DNA from: Vitrella brassicaformis CCMP3155 | Taxonomy: Eukaryota > Protista > Chromerida | Length of the DNA: 64,000 nucleotides | Direction of reading: 5' to 3' | Assembly: GCA_001179505.1 (NCBI GenBank) | Contig: CDMY01000821.1 | Coordinates: 124,001-188,000 of the forward strand | Shown: positions 62,592 through 64,000 of the stretch, in pieces | Layout of the letters: every line of letters begins with the position of its first letter | Position numbering within the stretch: position 1 is the stretch's first letter | Notes under the pieces: generated by a model | What the model saw: only the letters and a program-made list of their open reading frames with translations | Told to the model about the DNA's origin: nothing | The model's database searches: none | Translations under genes and position numbers: made by a program

Positions 62592-64000
62592 CTATCTGTC
62601 GTCCACTGTCAGCTCTATTCTCTTCTCAAACCCCTTGGCCGGCCCAGAGGCCGCCCCTTGCCGCGACCGAAGGCCGCTGAGGTCAATCTGCTGCGAAACC
62701 GCCGCCAAAAGAATCAGTCCAGCACCCACATAACCCTGAATCACACCACACGCCACCACGGCAGATGGGGGTCACACCGATGAAAGACCAAGGCTCGTTA
62801 TGTGGCGGCCAGCGGACCTGAGCACCCAGTGTCTCTCCAAGGAGGAGGTTAGCGAAGATGGCGCCCCAGAGCGGATCGAGGGAGTAGATGATGGCCGCCC
62901 TCTCGGCACTCACGCGACGTTGACCTACAGTCTGCAGCCGACCACACCACCCGTCACGTCAGTCAGCAGAAATGAAGCAGTGCCTGTCTGCGCATGTGCA
63001 CACCTGGATGAAGTTGCAGATGGCTGTTGTCACGATGCCGAGATAGAGGGCTGCACCCACTTGCCGGCCAACATCTCGCAGCACGTCGGCTCTGTTGGAC
63101 CCCTCCTCGCTGACGAGGGCCGTCCTGATGCCGTCCAGCAGCTCCTTGGCTACGTCGCTGTGTCCGTGGTGGCCACCGGCGAGCAATGGATACCCCACCG
63201 TGACGGCAGCCCACACAAGACACAACACGGCCACAGTCGAGAGGCTAGTCGCGTTCAGATCCACAGCACGGTACCTGCAGAGACAGCACCGTATTGTGTG
63301 TGTGTCATGAGGGTGTATGGTTCCTTCCCTCAGTGCTGACTCACTTCCTGGCGGCCGCCTCCAGCCGCAGGATGAACATGGCCGACGCCATTGCCGCTGC
63401 CACACTCCACAGGTCGCCAATATTGGGGGGCGAGCCGTCCGACGACAGCAGGGCAGTCCCCGCAAACGCCGTCAAAGCAGATAGCCACGTGCCCTGTTCA
63501 CAGCACAAGACACGGGAGATCACCGATAGGTGCATGTTTGACGCGCCCCAGGTACGCGTACCGCCGAGATGTGTCTTCCGAAGAGGAGTGCGGCAAGGAA
63601 GGGGACGAACTTGACGTTGAGGTAGAGCAGGAAGGCGCTCCTGCTGGCGGTCGTCTCCTGCAGCCCCACAGCTTGCAAGGCGTAGCCGAGGAACATCCAC
63701 ATACCCAGCTCACCGCCCGCTCGCCACACGCCTGTCCGATCATCCCGTTCCTCCCCTCCCACAACCCCGCTCTGATGCCGCGTGGTTGGCAGCCAGGGAA
63801 GGAAGATGAGAGCTGCGACGGCAAAGCGCATCAGGTTGATGAGGGCGGGGGAGGAGGCAACGGACGGGTCCACGGCGCTCTTGATAACTGCATGCTGGGT
63901 GCCCCACAACACTGTCACAGTGTTGAGCAGCATCAGCTCCAAAAGGGGGAATGCCGGCAGATCGCTGGTATGCTTGGGATCTGACTTGCGCTGCTGCTGC
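62592..64000 (-). CDS. EamA/DMT family transporter, 5' end beyond the right edge
   Basis: LWGTQHAVIK, RFAVAAL, WMFLGYALQAVGLQETTASRSAFL, GDLWSVAAA, ALYLGIVTTA, GQRRVSAERAAIIYSLDPLWGA: two EamA repeats. Confidence 0.9.

Overview
Eukaryotic, intron-rich, GC-rich genomic DNA. Introns are full of (CA)n, (GGAT)n, (GAGT)n and (GACA)n microsatellites, and several proteins carry bipartite signal-peptide+Phe plastid-targeting leaders. This points to a photosynthetic alveolate, most likely the chromerid Vitrella brassicaformis (inference, not a database result). About 22 multi-exon genes were assembled by hand from GT..AG splice sites and motif continuity, so exon boundaries and some starts are approximate. 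The genes are: a BK-type K+ channel, class II photolyase, Cys-less Grx5-fold protein, concentrative nucleoside transporter, chagasin-type inhibitor, PARN, a duplicated plastid-targeted membrane protein, SNRNP27, a YdcZ-type DMT, an Asp/Asn hydroxylase-like dioxygenase, myosin, ABITRAM, a UPF1-like helicase, a NudC/CS protein, a catalytically dead kinesin-like protein, DYBLUP/TEX47, a GT8 glycogenin-like protein, LAMTOR5, an EamA transporter and several unknowns. Most genes sit in tight head-to-head pairs. An accessory block of about 7 kb (17.1-24.2 kb) lies between the two duplicated genes. It contains a tandem array of two alternating structured hairpin modules with shared flanks, an assembly gap, and a spherulin/germin pseudogene broken by many 4-5 nt tandem duplications. 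No rRNA, convincing tRNA, CRISPR array or transposase was seen.
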